Shown here: positions 52,876 through 62,122 of the stretch, piece after piece | Numbering within the stretch: position 1 is the stretch's first letter | How the letters are laid out: the number at the start of each line of letters is the position of its first letter | Assembly: GCF_028368995.1 (NCBI RefSeq) | Contig: NZ_JAQNDL010000002.1 | Coordinates: 960,001-1,024,000, forward strand | Direction: 5' to 3' | Source of the DNA: Nannocystis bainbridge | GTDB taxonomy: Bacteria > Myxococcota_A > Polyangia > Nannocystales > Nannocystaceae | Length of the DNA: 64,000 bases | The notes under the pieces: model-generated | Databases searched by the model: none | Seen by the model: the letters and a program-made list of their open reading frames with translations, nothing else | What the model was told of the DNA's origin: nothing | Position numbers and translations under genes: made by a program

Positions 52876-55292
52876 TGGGCGCGCTGGCGGCGACGCTGCT
52901 CCCGGCGGCGGTCGGGCTCGCGCTCGTCGGCCTGGTCGGGCCGCTGGAGCGCCGCTGGGGCGCCGCGGCCGCCAGCGCGACGGCGGCCCGCGCGGCCCTG
53001 GTGGCGGCGGTGCTGGCCTGCCTGGTGCTGTGGCAGGCGATCCAGCGCGACCAGCTCGAGCACCGCCTGGCGTGGATCCGCGTCGGCCGCACGACCACGA
53101 TCGACTGGATCGTCCAGCTCGACGGGCTCGGGCTGGCGCTGGCGCTCGTGAGCCTGGCGGCGCTGGGGCTCGGGGTGGTGGCGATCCTGGCCTTCGGGAC
53201 AGCCGGCGGCGGACGCCCTGGCGCCCGCGTGGTCGTGGCCGCCGGCGGGGCCCTGGTGCTGGCGAGCGGCGGGACGCTGGTCCAGCTGGGGCTCGGGGTC
53301 GGGCTGTGCGTGCTGGCTCTTCGAGCATGGCCGATGGACCATGTCTCTTCAGACATGACTGTACGAGCATGGCCTGTGGACCATGTCTCCACGGACATGA
53401 CCGAGAGGGCATGGCCGTTGGGTCTGGTGGGCGCGGGCCTGTCGCTGGCGATCCTGGCCTGGCTGGCGGCCGCGGGCGACTTCGACCTGATGCGGCTCGA
53501 GCGGTCGACGCTGGCGCAAGACGGGTCGCAGCTGGTGCGCGGCGAGATCGGCGGGCCGCTGTTCGGCTGGCCGCCGGGCGTGGTAGCGACCGTCAGCGTC
53601 GGCGCGGCGGCGCTGGCGTGGATCGGGGCGTGGCCGCGGCTGGTGGCGCGAGCCTGGGCCGAGGGGCCCGGGCCGGCGCTGGTGGCCACGTGCGCGGCCG
53701 GGCCGGCGCTGACCGTGGTGCTGCTGCGCACGCAGGTGGCGCTGGCGATGGCCCCGACCGCGCTGGCGCTGGTCACGGTGGCGGCGGCGGGCACGGCGGC
53801 GTGGGCGGGGCTGCAGGCGGCCCGGGCCGGCACGAGCGCGCGGGCGGTGGCGAGCGGGACGGCGGCGACGCTGGCGATCGCGACGGCGACCATCGCCATC
53901 GGCGAGCCGATCGCGGCGACCCAGCTGCTGCTGGCGGGCAGCCTGGCGTGGGCGGCGATGATCGCGGGGCTGCAGGCGCCGCGGCGGCTGCGGGCCGGCG
54001 TCGCCGGGCTGGCGGGGCTGGGCCTGATCGCGGGGCTGGGACCGGCCGTGGCGGGGCTGTGGAACGACCTCAGCGCGTGGTCGAGCGGGATCAACGTCGT
54101 CGCGCCGGCGCTGGCGCTGGTCACGGTGACGGCGACGGCCTGCGCGATCGGACATGTCCTCACGGACAGGACCGATGCGCCAGGTTGGCGGCAGCCCGAG
54201 GCGCCGCCGCTGCTGTCCGGGGTAGCCATGCTCCTGGCGCTGGGCGCGGTGGCGGCGGGGCTGTGGCCGCTGGCGCCGCGGATCTGGCAGCAGTTCGTGG
54301 CCGGCCGCATGTTCGAGGGGGCCTACGCCCTGGGGCCGCGACCGGACGCGTGGTTCGTCGGGCCGTGGCTGGGGATGGGGCTGGTGGCGGTCGCGGTGGC
54401 GATCGGGCTGGGGCTGGCGCCGCGGATCCGCCCGGCCCCGGCGCGCACGCGCAGGCGATCCGCGGGCGCCGCGGGTCCGACGATCCCGCGGCTGCTGCGG
54501 CTCGGCGAGCGGCTGGTGGCGCGCCTGACCTTGTGGCCAGGTGACGAGCGGGTGACGGTCGCGCCCGGCCGCTTCGATGTGCGCGGGCCGCTGCTGCTGA
54601 CGAGCGCCGGGGTGCTGGCGATCCTCGGCTCGGTGTTCTGCAACCCGGACGTGGTGGTGCTGGGCCCGACGCGTGTGCACCCGGTCGACCTGGGGGGCCT
54701 CGACGCGGCGATGGCGGGGGCCCGCCGCGGGACCGGGGCGGCGACGCCGAGCCCCGCCGGGCCGGCCGGGGCGCCAGCAGGACAGGGCGAGGACATCGGC
54801 CCGGCGCCGCTCGGCGGCGTCGATCGGGCTGGCGGCGCGGACATGCTCGAAGGGGTAGGCGCTGCGCAGCGAGGCGAGACGGCTGGTGGATCGAACATGC
54901 CCGAAGGGGCAGGTTCGCAGGCGTCGTCGGGCGCGCACGGAGCTGGTGGATCGGACATGTTCGAAGGAGCAGGTTCACCGGCGCCGACAGGTGCGCGTGG
55001 AGCTGGTGGATCGGACATGCTCGAAGGGGCAGGTTCACCGACGCCGACGGGTGCGCGCGGAGCTGACGGACCGGTCATGCTCGAAGGGGCAGGCGCTCGG
55101 ACGCCGACGAGCGCGCCTGGAGCCGCCGGCGCGGGCGCGCCCGACGGGCCCGGCTCGCAGGCGCGTGGAGCTGGTGGATCGGACATGCCCGAAGGGGCAG
55201 GTTCGATGCGACATGGCGCGATGGACATGTCCGAAGGGTCAGCGAGCCCGCGCCCCGGGGATACCGGCGCGGCGGCGGGAGGGCGCCCATGA
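52875..55292 (+). CDS. Degenerate NuoL-like antiporter subunit with repeat C-terminal tail
   Basis: WIRVG...LDGL, LVLA...GVGLC, AWAEGPGP...LLR resemble NuoL motifs. 60-bp repeats at the 3' end. Confidence 0.65.
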   Translation: MGALAATLLPAAVGLALVGLVGPLERRWGAAAASATAARAALVAAVLACLVLWQAIQRDQLEHRLAWIRVGRTTTIDWIVQLDGLGLALALVSLAALGLGVVAILAFGTAGGGRPGARVVVAAGGALVLASGGTLVQLGLGVGLCVLALRAWPMDHVSSDMTVRAWPVDHVSTDMTERAWPLGLVGAGLSLAILAWLAAAGDFDLMRLERSTLAQDGSQLVRGEIGGPLFGWPPGVVATVSVGAAALAWIGAWPRLVARAWAEGPGPALVATCAAGPALTVVLLRTQVALAMAPTALALVTVAAAGTAAWAGLQAARAGTSARAVASGTAATLAIATATIAIGEPIAATQLLLAGSLAWAAMIAGLQAPRRLRAGVAGLAGLGLIAGLGPAVAGLWNDLSAWSSGINVVAPALALVTVTATACAIGHVLTDRTDAPGWRQPEAPPLLSGVAMLLALGAVAAGLWPLAPRIWQQFVAGRMFEGAYALGPRPDAWFVGPWLGMGLVAVAVAIGLGLAPRIRPAPARTRRRSAGAAGPTIPRLLRLGERLVARLTLWPGDERVTVAPGRFDVRGPLLLTSAGVLAILGSVFCNPDVVVLGPTRVHPVDLGGLDAAMAGARRGTGAATPSPAGPAGAPAGQGEDIGPAPLGGVDRAGGADMLEGVGAAQRGETAGGSNMPEGAGSQASSGAHGAGGSDMFEGAGSPAPTGARGAGGSDMLEGAGSPTPTGARGADGPVMLEGAGARTPTSAPGAAGAGAPDGPGSQARGAGGSDMPEGAGSMRHGAMDMSEGSASPRPGDTGAAAGGRP

Positions 55293-56830
55293 GCGTGCTG
55301 GCCGACCTGCGGCTCCTGGCGGCGCTGCCGTGGCTGGCGGCCCTGGCGGTGCTGCTGCTGCCGCGGCGGGCGGCGCGGGCCTGCGCGCTGACGGCGACGG
55401 GGCTCGGGGTGCTCGCGGCGCTGGCCTGCTCGGCGGGCGCGCCGGCGATCGAGGTGGAGTGGCTCGGCCGCGGGGTCGCGCTGCGGCTGACGTCGGGCCC
55501 GCTGGCGGCGTTCGGGCTGGTGGCGACGGCGGTCGCGGGGCTGCTGGCGGTGCTGGAAGAGGAGACGCGCGGCCGCGGTCGACTGGCCGGGCTGCTGGCG
55601 CTGCTCGGGACGGTGCTGGTCGGGCTCCTGGCCGGTGACGTGCTGGTGCTGGCGGCCGCGTGGGCGCTGGCGCCGGCGCTGGTGCTGGGGCTGCTGGCCG
55701 CGCGCGCGAGCGAGGCGGAGGGCCGGATCGCCGGGCGAGCGCTGGCGCTGCTGCTGTCCCTCGGGGCAGGTGCGGTGCTGCTGGTCGGGGCCGGGCTGGC
55801 GGTGGCGCACCGCGGGGCCAGCAGCGGCACATGGAGCGCGGCGCTGACCGGGCTGGCGAGCGTGCGCGTGCCCGAGGCGGCGGCGACGGGGCTGGCGGGG
55901 GCGCTGGCGCTGGCGTGCGCGCTGGCGATCGGGCTGTGGCCGCTGCACGCGGGGCTGGTCGAAGGGACAGCCGTGGGCTCGCGCGGGACGACCCGGCTGC
56001 TGGCCGGGCCGGTGCGCTGGCTCGGGCTCGACGCGCTGATCCGGCTGTGGGCGCCGCTGGTGCCGCTGGGCGCGGCCGCGACGGCGCCGTGGCTGGCCGG
56101 GCTGGCCACGCTGGGGGCGATCTACGCCGGACTTTCGGCGCGCGTCGAGCTCGACCCGGAGCGGCGCGCGGCCCGGATCGCGCTGGTCGGCTGGAGCGTG
56201 GCGACCGTCGGGGTGGCCACGCTGACGCACGAAGGGCTGAGCGGGGCGCTGCTGCTCGCGGTCGTGGCCGGGCTCGGGCAGCCGGGGCTGGCGCGGGCCG
56301 AACCGATCGCGCGGGTGGTGCTCGGCCTCGCCGGCGGGCTGGCGGGCGGGCTGGTGATCGTCGCGGCGCTGCGCCCGGCCGCGCTGACGCTCGGGGCGCT
56401 CGGGCCGTGGTGCGCCTGCGGGGCCGCGCTGGCGCTGGGGCTGGCGGGTTCGGCGATGGCCCGCGGGACAGGTATCAAGGGGCATGTCGCCAGGGACATG
56501 GTGAAAGCGACAGGTCCTTCAGGGCATGTCGCGCAGGACATGGCGGATACGACAGGTCGCGCGGGACATGTCCCCGGGCGCTGGTCGACGGCGGCGCTGG
56601 TGACGGTGGTGGCGGTGGCGATCGCCCGACCGAGCCTGGTGCTCGGGCGCCTCGACGAGGCCGGCGAGGCGTGGGTCCGCGCGAGCGCGCTGCAGCGCTG
56701 CCTGGCGCTGGTCGACCCACGCATCGTGGCGGTGCTGCTGCCGCCGGTGGCGCCGACCCGCTGCGAGTCGCCGCTCGCAGGGCTGCGCGCGGGCAAGGCG
56801 ATCGCGGCGGAGGCGGAGGGCCAGCGATGA
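55289..56830 (+). CDS. Degenerate NuoM-like antiporter subunit
   Basis: LLAGDVLVLAAAW, LWPLHAGL, LLAG, LGAIYAGL, EGLSGALL resemble NuoM. Confidence 0.65.
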   Translation: MSVLADLRLLAALPWLAALAVLLLPRRAARACALTATGLGVLAALACSAGAPAIEVEWLGRGVALRLTSGPLAAFGLVATAVAGLLAVLEEETRGRGRLAGLLALLGTVLVGLLAGDVLVLAAAWALAPALVLGLLAARASEAEGRIAGRALALLLSLGAGAVLLVGAGLAVAHRGASSGTWSAALTGLASVRVPEAAATGLAGALALACALAIGLWPLHAGLVEGTAVGSRGTTRLLAGPVRWLGLDALIRLWAPLVPLGAAATAPWLAGLATLGAIYAGLSARVELDPERRAARIALVGWSVATVGVATLTHEGLSGALLLAVVAGLGQPGLARAEPIARVVLGLAGGLAGGLVIVAALRPAALTLGALGPWCACGAALALGLAGSAMARGTGIKGHVARDMVKATGPSGHVAQDMADTTGRAGHVPGRWSTAALVTVVAVAIARPSLVLGRLDEAGEAWVRASALQRCLALVDPRIVAVLLPPVAPTRCESPLAGLRAGKAIAAEAEGQR

Positions 56831-57021
56831 CGGCGACTCGCTCACGGTTCGCAAGGTTGGCGAGCGCGGTGGTTTCGCTTCACGGCGAGCCGCGGCGCGC
56901 GGAGCGGACGAGTAACGGAGGGCCAGCGATGGCGGCGAGTCGCCCACGGTTCGCAGGGCTGGTGAGCGCGGTGGCTTGCATTCGCTGCGAGACGTCGCGC
57001 GTCGCGGAGGGCTGGCGATGA
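56827..57021 (+). CDS. Small repeat-derived ORF bridging the nuoM-like and nuoN-like genes
   Basis: ATGA overlaps at both ends, GGAGG RBS, made of two imperfect ~90-100 bp copies. Confidence 0.35.
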   Translation: MTATRSRFARLASAVVSLHGEPRRAERTSNGGPAMAASRPRFAGLVSAVACIRCETSRVAEGWR

Positions 57022-58739
57022 TCGAGGCGGTGGTGCCGTTCGGATCGGCGGCGATCGTGGGGCTGTGGGGCGTGCTCAGCTTGCTGGCGGCGCGGGCGGG
57101 GCAGCCGGCGGGGCTCGGGCGGCTGGCGCTCGGGCGGGCGGTGCCGGCGGGCGGATTGGTGCTCGCGCTGGTGACGGCGCTGGCGGGCCTGACGGCGCCC
57201 GATCTGGTCGGCGAGCTGCAGGCGCGCGGGGCCGTCGTCGTCGATCGCCTGGCGGCGCTGTTCGACGCGTTGCTGGTGACGGTGCTGCTGGCGGCGGTGA
57301 TCGCCGATCCACGGCCGGGCTCCGAGCCGCGCGCGGTGTGGGGGCGCGGGATGCTGCTGCTCACCGGCGCGGGGGCGATGCTGGCGGTGCGCGCGGCCGA
57401 CTGGGCCAGCCTGGTCGTCGGGCTCGAGCTGGCGACGCTGGCGGCCGGGCTGTGCCTGGCGGCCGGTCGTGAGGGTGAGGGCGAGGGCGCGACCGAGGCG
57501 GGGCGCGAGTCGGCGCGGACCTGGCTCTTGGGACAGGGTCTGGGCGCGGCGTCGCTGTGGCTCGGGGCCGGTCTGTTGATCGCGGCGACCGGGACGGTGC
57601 GGCTGCACGAGCTCGGGGCGCGGGTCGGCGCGGCGTTCTTGCGCTGGGGCGCCAGCACCACCCAGGCGGCGGTCGACGTGCTTCAGGCGAAGGAGGCGAT
57701 GCCGGCCGGGCTGATCGCGCACGCCCGCGACGCGGCGGTCGAGGGCATGGCCCCGGCTGCCCTGTATGTGCCGGGCGCGCTGCTGGTGCTGGCGGGGCTG
57801 CTGGTGCGCGCGGGGGTGTTCCCGCTGCTGGCCGGGCGCACGCGGGTGGCCGGGCGCGCGGGGCTGTGCGGCTGGGTCGCGACGGAGCTGGTCGTGAGGA
57901 CAGCCGCGGTGGCGGCGCTGATCCGCGTGTTCGTGGCGGCGCTGCATACCCCGCGGGTGGTCTACGCGCCGTACGGTTGGGGCACGGCGGCGGCGGTGGT
58001 CGGCGGGGTCGCGGTGGTGGTGTGCGGGCTGCGGGCGGTGCGGGCCGCCGATCTGCGGCGCCTGCTGGCGTGGGCCGGCGCGGCGCAGGTCGGGATGACG
58101 CTGCTGGCGATCGCGGCGGCGGCCAACTTCGTCGCCCACGCGGGGCTGCGCGCCGGCGGGCTCGAGGTCGCCGATCATTACGTGTGGGGCCACACCGCGG
58201 CCGAGGCCGCGGTGGCGGCGGCGGTGTTCGGCCACGCGGTGTTCGCCCTGGCGGCGATGACGGCGATGGCCGCGGCGGCGGCGGTCGAGGCCAACCGCGG
58301 GCTGGTCGACCTGACCGGCGCGGTCCGGCGCAGCCCGGTGCTGGCCGGGGCGCTGGTGGTCGCCGCGCTGACGCTGGCCGGGGCGCCGCCGACGGCCGGG
58401 CTGGCCGGGCGCTGGTGGTGGTTCACGGCTGTGCTCGAGGACAGCAACGTGTTGGTCCGGGTGATGGCAGCCGCGGCGGCGGTCGGCAGCGCGCTGGTCG
58501 GCTGGGCCTGCCTGCGGCCGCTGCTGGCGGCGCTGACCCCTGCGCCGGGCGGGACGGGGTCGACGGCGCGGCCGCGGCGCGGGGCGCTGGTAGTGGCGGC
58601 TGTGCTTTCGGGCATGCTCGTGGGGGCAGGTCTCTGGGCACATGTCGCATGGGACATGGTCCAAGAGGCATCCGCGGGGATCGCGTTCCAGGCCGGCAGC
58701 AAGGGCCGCCGCGAGTGGCTCGGCCGCGCGACGGAGTGA
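57018..58739 (+). CDS. Divergent NuoN-like antiporter subunit
   Basis: VVDRLA, DWASLVVGLEL, RESARTWLLG, RAGVFP, DLRRLLAW, LTLAGAPPTAGLAGRW. Confidence 0.78.
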   Translation: MIEAVVPFGSAAIVGLWGVLSLLAARAGQPAGLGRLALGRAVPAGGLVLALVTALAGLTAPDLVGELQARGAVVVDRLAALFDALLVTVLLAAVIADPRPGSEPRAVWGRGMLLLTGAGAMLAVRAADWASLVVGLELATLAAGLCLAAGREGEGEGATEAGRESARTWLLGQGLGAASLWLGAGLLIAATGTVRLHELGARVGAAFLRWGASTTQAAVDVLQAKEAMPAGLIAHARDAAVEGMAPAALYVPGALLVLAGLLVRAGVFPLLAGRTRVAGRAGLCGWVATELVVRTAAVAALIRVFVAALHTPRVVYAPYGWGTAAAVVGGVAVVVCGLRAVRAADLRRLLAWAGAAQVGMTLLAIAAAANFVAHAGLRAGGLEVADHYVWGHTAAEAAVAAAVFGHAVFALAAMTAMAAAAAVEANRGLVDLTGAVRRSPVLAGALVVAALTLAGAPPTAGLAGRWWWFTAVLEDSNVLVRVMAAAAAVGSALVGWACLRPLLAALTPAPGGTGSTARPRRGALVVAAVLSGMLVGAGLWAHVAWDMVQEASAGIAFQAGSKGRREWLGRATE

Positions 58740-58887
58740 CGGCCCGAGATCCAGAGGGTCATGACCGGAGGCGGTCATGACCCTTTGAACATGTCTCGAT
58801 GAGCATGTTCAAAGGGGCATGTCGTACGCGCGAAGAGGCCCGCGGGCGCAGGGCGCCGGCGGGCCTCTCGCGGGGCGCGGGTGAGGA

Positions 58888-59778
58888 TCAGCCGCAGACG
58901 CTGCCCATCGCGCCGCCCTGGCTGATCGAGCCGGCCATGCAGGCGCCGTTCATGCAGTCGGCGTCGGTCTTGCACTCGCCGCACACGCCGAGCTTCAAGA
59001 ATCCCATCACGTCGACCTCGCCGCACTGGCCGGAGGCGCAGGCGGCGTCGGCGTCGTCCTCGCCGAGCGGGCAGAGGGCGCCGTTCTCGACGCTGCCGGG
59101 CTCGACGCACTTCTTGGCGCCGCTGAACGCCGCGATGTCGAGCTCGGGGCTGCAGATCTTGCCCATGTCGCAGTCGGCCGATTCGCTGCACTCGCCGCAG
59201 GTGTCGGGGATGATGCCGGGGATCGGGAGGTCGACCGCGGGGCCGCAGATCAGGCCGTCCTGGCAGGCGTCCTGCGACATGCACTGGTTGCCGTAGCCGC
59301 CGGCGGCGCAGGTGGCCCCGCTGGGCCCGAGCGAGCAGGAGATGCCGGTGCCGGCGCGCAAGCAGTCGGCGTCCTCGTTGCACTCCGAGCAGATGCCGCC
59401 GTCGGGGAACAGCGGGCTCGTGTAGCAGTTCATCGACTCGCAGTCGCTGTTGCCCGCGCACATCTGCCCGTTCGGCAGCGGCCCGCTCGGGCCGGTGGTG
59501 CCCTGGGTGGCCTCGGTGGTGATGAAGCCGGCCGACATGTTGGTGGTGGTCGGCGTGTCGTCGGTGGTGGTGTCGTCGAGAGTGGTCGAGCTGCCAGTGG
59601 TGGTCGTGCTGGTGGTCGGCGTGTCGGGGCCGGTCGAGGTGCTGGCGGTGCTGTCACCGGAGGTCGTGGTTTCGGTGGCGCTCTCGCCGGCCGGATCGTC
59701 GCCGCGACAGGCGGTGAGGGCGAGGGCGGCAGCGAGGGCGAGGGCGGCAGTCTTGGCGAAGTTATGCGCGAGGGTCAC
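58888..59778 (-). CDS. Cys-rich lipoprotein with Thr linker
   Basis: Lipobox LTAC, Thr-rich linker, repeated CxEC..DADC modules. Confidence 0.8.
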   Translation of the reverse strand: MTLAHNFAKTAALALAAALALTACRGDDPAGESATETTTSGDSTASTSTGPDTPTTSTTTTGSSTTLDDTTTDDTPTTTNMSAGFITTEATQGTTGPSGPLPNGQMCAGNSDCESMNCYTSPLFPDGGICSECNEDADCLRAGTGISCSLGPSGATCAAGGYGNQCMSQDACQDGLICGPAVDLPIPGIIPDTCGECSESADCDMGKICSPELDIAAFSGAKKCVEPGSVENGALCPLGEDDADAACASGQCGEVDVMGFLKLGVCGECKTDADCMNGACMAGSISQGGAMGSVCG

Positions 59779-59807
59779 GGTGAAGCTCCGGGATCGGTCC
59801 GCGCGCA

Positions 59808-60719
59808 TCATCCATCGCCGCGTCGCGGATTGTCCAGACGCCGGCGCAGTGCGAGATCCATGGCTGCGAACCGCTGCGCGACGCGAAACTCGCCGCGTGA
59901 GTGCGCGGGCTCCGAGACCTCGACGTCGCGCGCGGGCGGCAGCGTGGCGGTGATCGAACTCACCGGGTCGGCTCCGTACAGGAGCAGCGGCATGCCCGTG
60001 GGCGTGCACGCGAGCAGAGCCGCGACCGCAGCCGCAGGATCGACGTCACGCGCGACGAGCATGCGCTGGACCAGCAGCGCTCGTCCTTCGCGCGAGACGT
60101 GGGCCCAGGCGCCGGGCAGCGGCTCCAGCGTGGCCGCGAGCGCCGGCGGCGTGCGTGCCCACGCGCCCGCACGCCAGGCGCAGACCTCGAGTGGTTCGCT
60201 GTTCGTGGGGGCCGGGGACCACGGGAGCTTGCTGCGGTCGGCGAGCTCACGGTCCCAAAGGACATGCGAGATCGGGCATGTCCCATGGGCCAGGAGGGTG
60301 ACGCGGCGAGCGCTGACGACGAGGCCGAGGCGGGCGTAGAAGGCCTCGCTCGCGGGCTCGGCGAGCACGCGCAAGGTCGAGAAGTCGCGGGCGGCGAGGC
60401 GCGCCGCGACCTCCTCGACGAGCGCGCGACCGAGGCCGCCGCCGCGACGCGCCGCGATCACGCCGAGGCCGGCGGAGTGGGCGACCGGGTCGCCGGGCTC
60501 CTGGCCGATGAGGAAGTAACCAAGGAGCATGTCCTGAGGGACATGTCCTGAAGCACCCGCGGCGACGGCGAGCACGGAGAGCTCGGGGTCGACGGCCTCG
60601 CGCTGCAGCTTGCGCGCGAACCACCCGGGCGCCCGCTCGCCACGGCCGAAGATGTCCTCGGCGAGGCGCGTGAGCGCGTCGGTGGCGACGCCGCGCAGGC
60701 TGCGGAGCTCGAAGTCCAT
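59808..60719 (-). CDS. GNAT-family N-acetyltransferase
   Basis: GLGVIAARRGGGLGRALV and AFYARLG. Confidence 0.75.
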   Translation of the reverse strand: MDFELRSLRGVATDALTRLAEDIFGRGERAPGWFARKLQREAVDPELSVLAVAAGASGHVPQDMLLGYFLIGQEPGDPVAHSAGLGVIAARRGGGLGRALVEEVAARLAARDFSTLRVLAEPASEAFYARLGLVVSARRVTLLAHGTCPISHVLWDRELADRSKLPWSPAPTNSEPLEVCAWRAGAWARTPPALAATLEPLPGAWAHVSREGRALLVQRMLVARDVDPAAAVAALLACTPTGMPLLLYGADPVSSITATLPPARDVEVSEPAHSRGEFRVAQRFAAMDLALRRRLDNPRRGDG

Positions 60720-61105
60720 GGAGGCGTAGCGAGTCTGGCAGAGGGCGGCGAGGACGGCGAGGCGGTCGGGCGCGGCACCCGTCACTCGCCCTGCGGAGCC
60801 GTGGACTGCCGCTCGACGCAGGCGGTCGAGAGGGGCCGGGCTTCGAGCCGAGCTCGGCGGGCCGCGAACAGCATCCGGGGATGCTGCGCCGCGCGAGGAG
60901 CACGCCTCGAAGCGTGGCCTCCGCGGCGAGAGCGTCGCTTCGCGGCGAGAGCGTCGCTCCGAGGGCATCACGCAGCGCCTCGCGAGAATCACTCCCCGAA
61001 GCGTCGCCACCGCGGCGAGAGCGTCGCCGCGAAATCACTCCTCGGTTGGCCGGCGCAGGCGGCCCAGCGTTGCCTCACCGCCGCGCCTTCGCTGCGCTCG
61101 CGGGC

Positions 61106-62122
61106 TCAGGCGAGGCCGACAGCGCGGCGGCAGCGGTCGATCGTCGCGCGGGCGATCGGGCGGGCGCGGGCGGCCGAGGCCTGGAGGACGGCTTCGACCT
61201 CCTCGGGGTGCTGCAGCAGGTGCTCGCGGCGGGCCCTGGCGGGGGCGAAGTGGGCGTCGATCTTGTCGGCCAGCAGCATCTTCGCGTGGCCGTAGCCGAA
61301 CGGCTGACCGTCGCGCGCGCCGGCGCGGTACCAGTCGGCGATCTGGGCCAGCTCGGCCTCGCCCGCGAGCAGCTTGAGCAGCGCGAACACGTTGCAGGTG
61401 TCGGGGTTGAGCGGCTGGCCGAGCGGCGTCGAGTCGGTGACGATCTGGCCGACCAGCTTGCGCAGCTTCTTGCCCGACTCGAACAGCGGCAGGGTGTTGC
61501 CGTAGCTCTTGGACATCTTGCGGCCGTCGTTGCCGGGCACGATCGGCGCGGTGCCGAGCAGCGCCTCGGGCCGGACGAGCAGCGGCGGGCCGCCGGCGGC
61601 GTAGGCCTCGTTGAGGTAGGTCGCCATGTCCTGGGCGAACTCGACGTGCTGCAGCTGATCCTTGCCGACCGGCACCAGGGTGCCGTCGTAGATCAGGATG
61701 TCGGCGGCCATCAGCAGCGGGTAGTTGAAGAGGCCGGCGTTGGGCTTGATGCCCTGGGCGAGCTTGTCCTTGTAGCTGGTGGCCCGCTCCATCAGGCCCA
61801 GGCCGGTGACGCAGGCGAGCAGCCAGGCGAGCTCGTGGACCTCGGGGATGTCGCTCTGGCGGAACAGCACCGCCTTGGCTGGATCGAGGCCGAGCGCCAG
61901 GTAGGTGACCGCCGCGTCGAACACGTTCTGCCGCAGCGCCGCCGGGTCGCGCAGGGTCGTCAGCGCGTGGTAGTCGGCGATGAAGTAATAGGCCGCGCCC
62001 GGGTAGCGGTCCTGCAGCGCGATGTGCTGGGCGATCGCGCCGAAGTAGTTGCCGAGGTGGAGCACGCCCGAGGGCTGGATGCCCGAGAGCACGCGCGGGG
62101 CAGGGGATGGCGCTTGGGACAT
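61106..62122 (-). CDS. trpS: Tryptophan--tRNA ligase
   Basis: SGIQPSGVLHLGNYFGA, YPLLMAADIL, VPVGKDQLQH, KMSKSYGN. Confidence 0.97.
   Translation of the reverse strand: MSQAPSPAPRVLSGIQPSGVLHLGNYFGAIAQHIALQDRYPGAAYYFIADYHALTTLRDPAALRQNVFDAAVTYLALGLDPAKAVLFRQSDIPEVHELAWLLACVTGLGLMERATSYKDKLAQGIKPNAGLFNYPLLMAADILIYDGTLVPVGKDQLQHVEFAQDMATYLNEAYAAGGPPLLVRPEALLGTAPIVPGNDGRKMSKSYGNTLPLFESGKKLRKLVGQIVTDSTPLGQPLNPDTCNVFALLKLLAGEAELAQIADWYRAGARDGQPFGYGHAKMLLADKIDAHFAPARARREHLLQHPEEVEAVLQASAARARPIARATIDRCRRAVGLA

Noticed and set aside
52112-58739. Calling the cluster a Mrp Na+/H+ antiporter or functional nuoJ-N with gene symbols
   Set aside because: Order and sizes fit nuoJKLMN rather than mrpA-G, but key residues appear lost, so function cannot be asserted.
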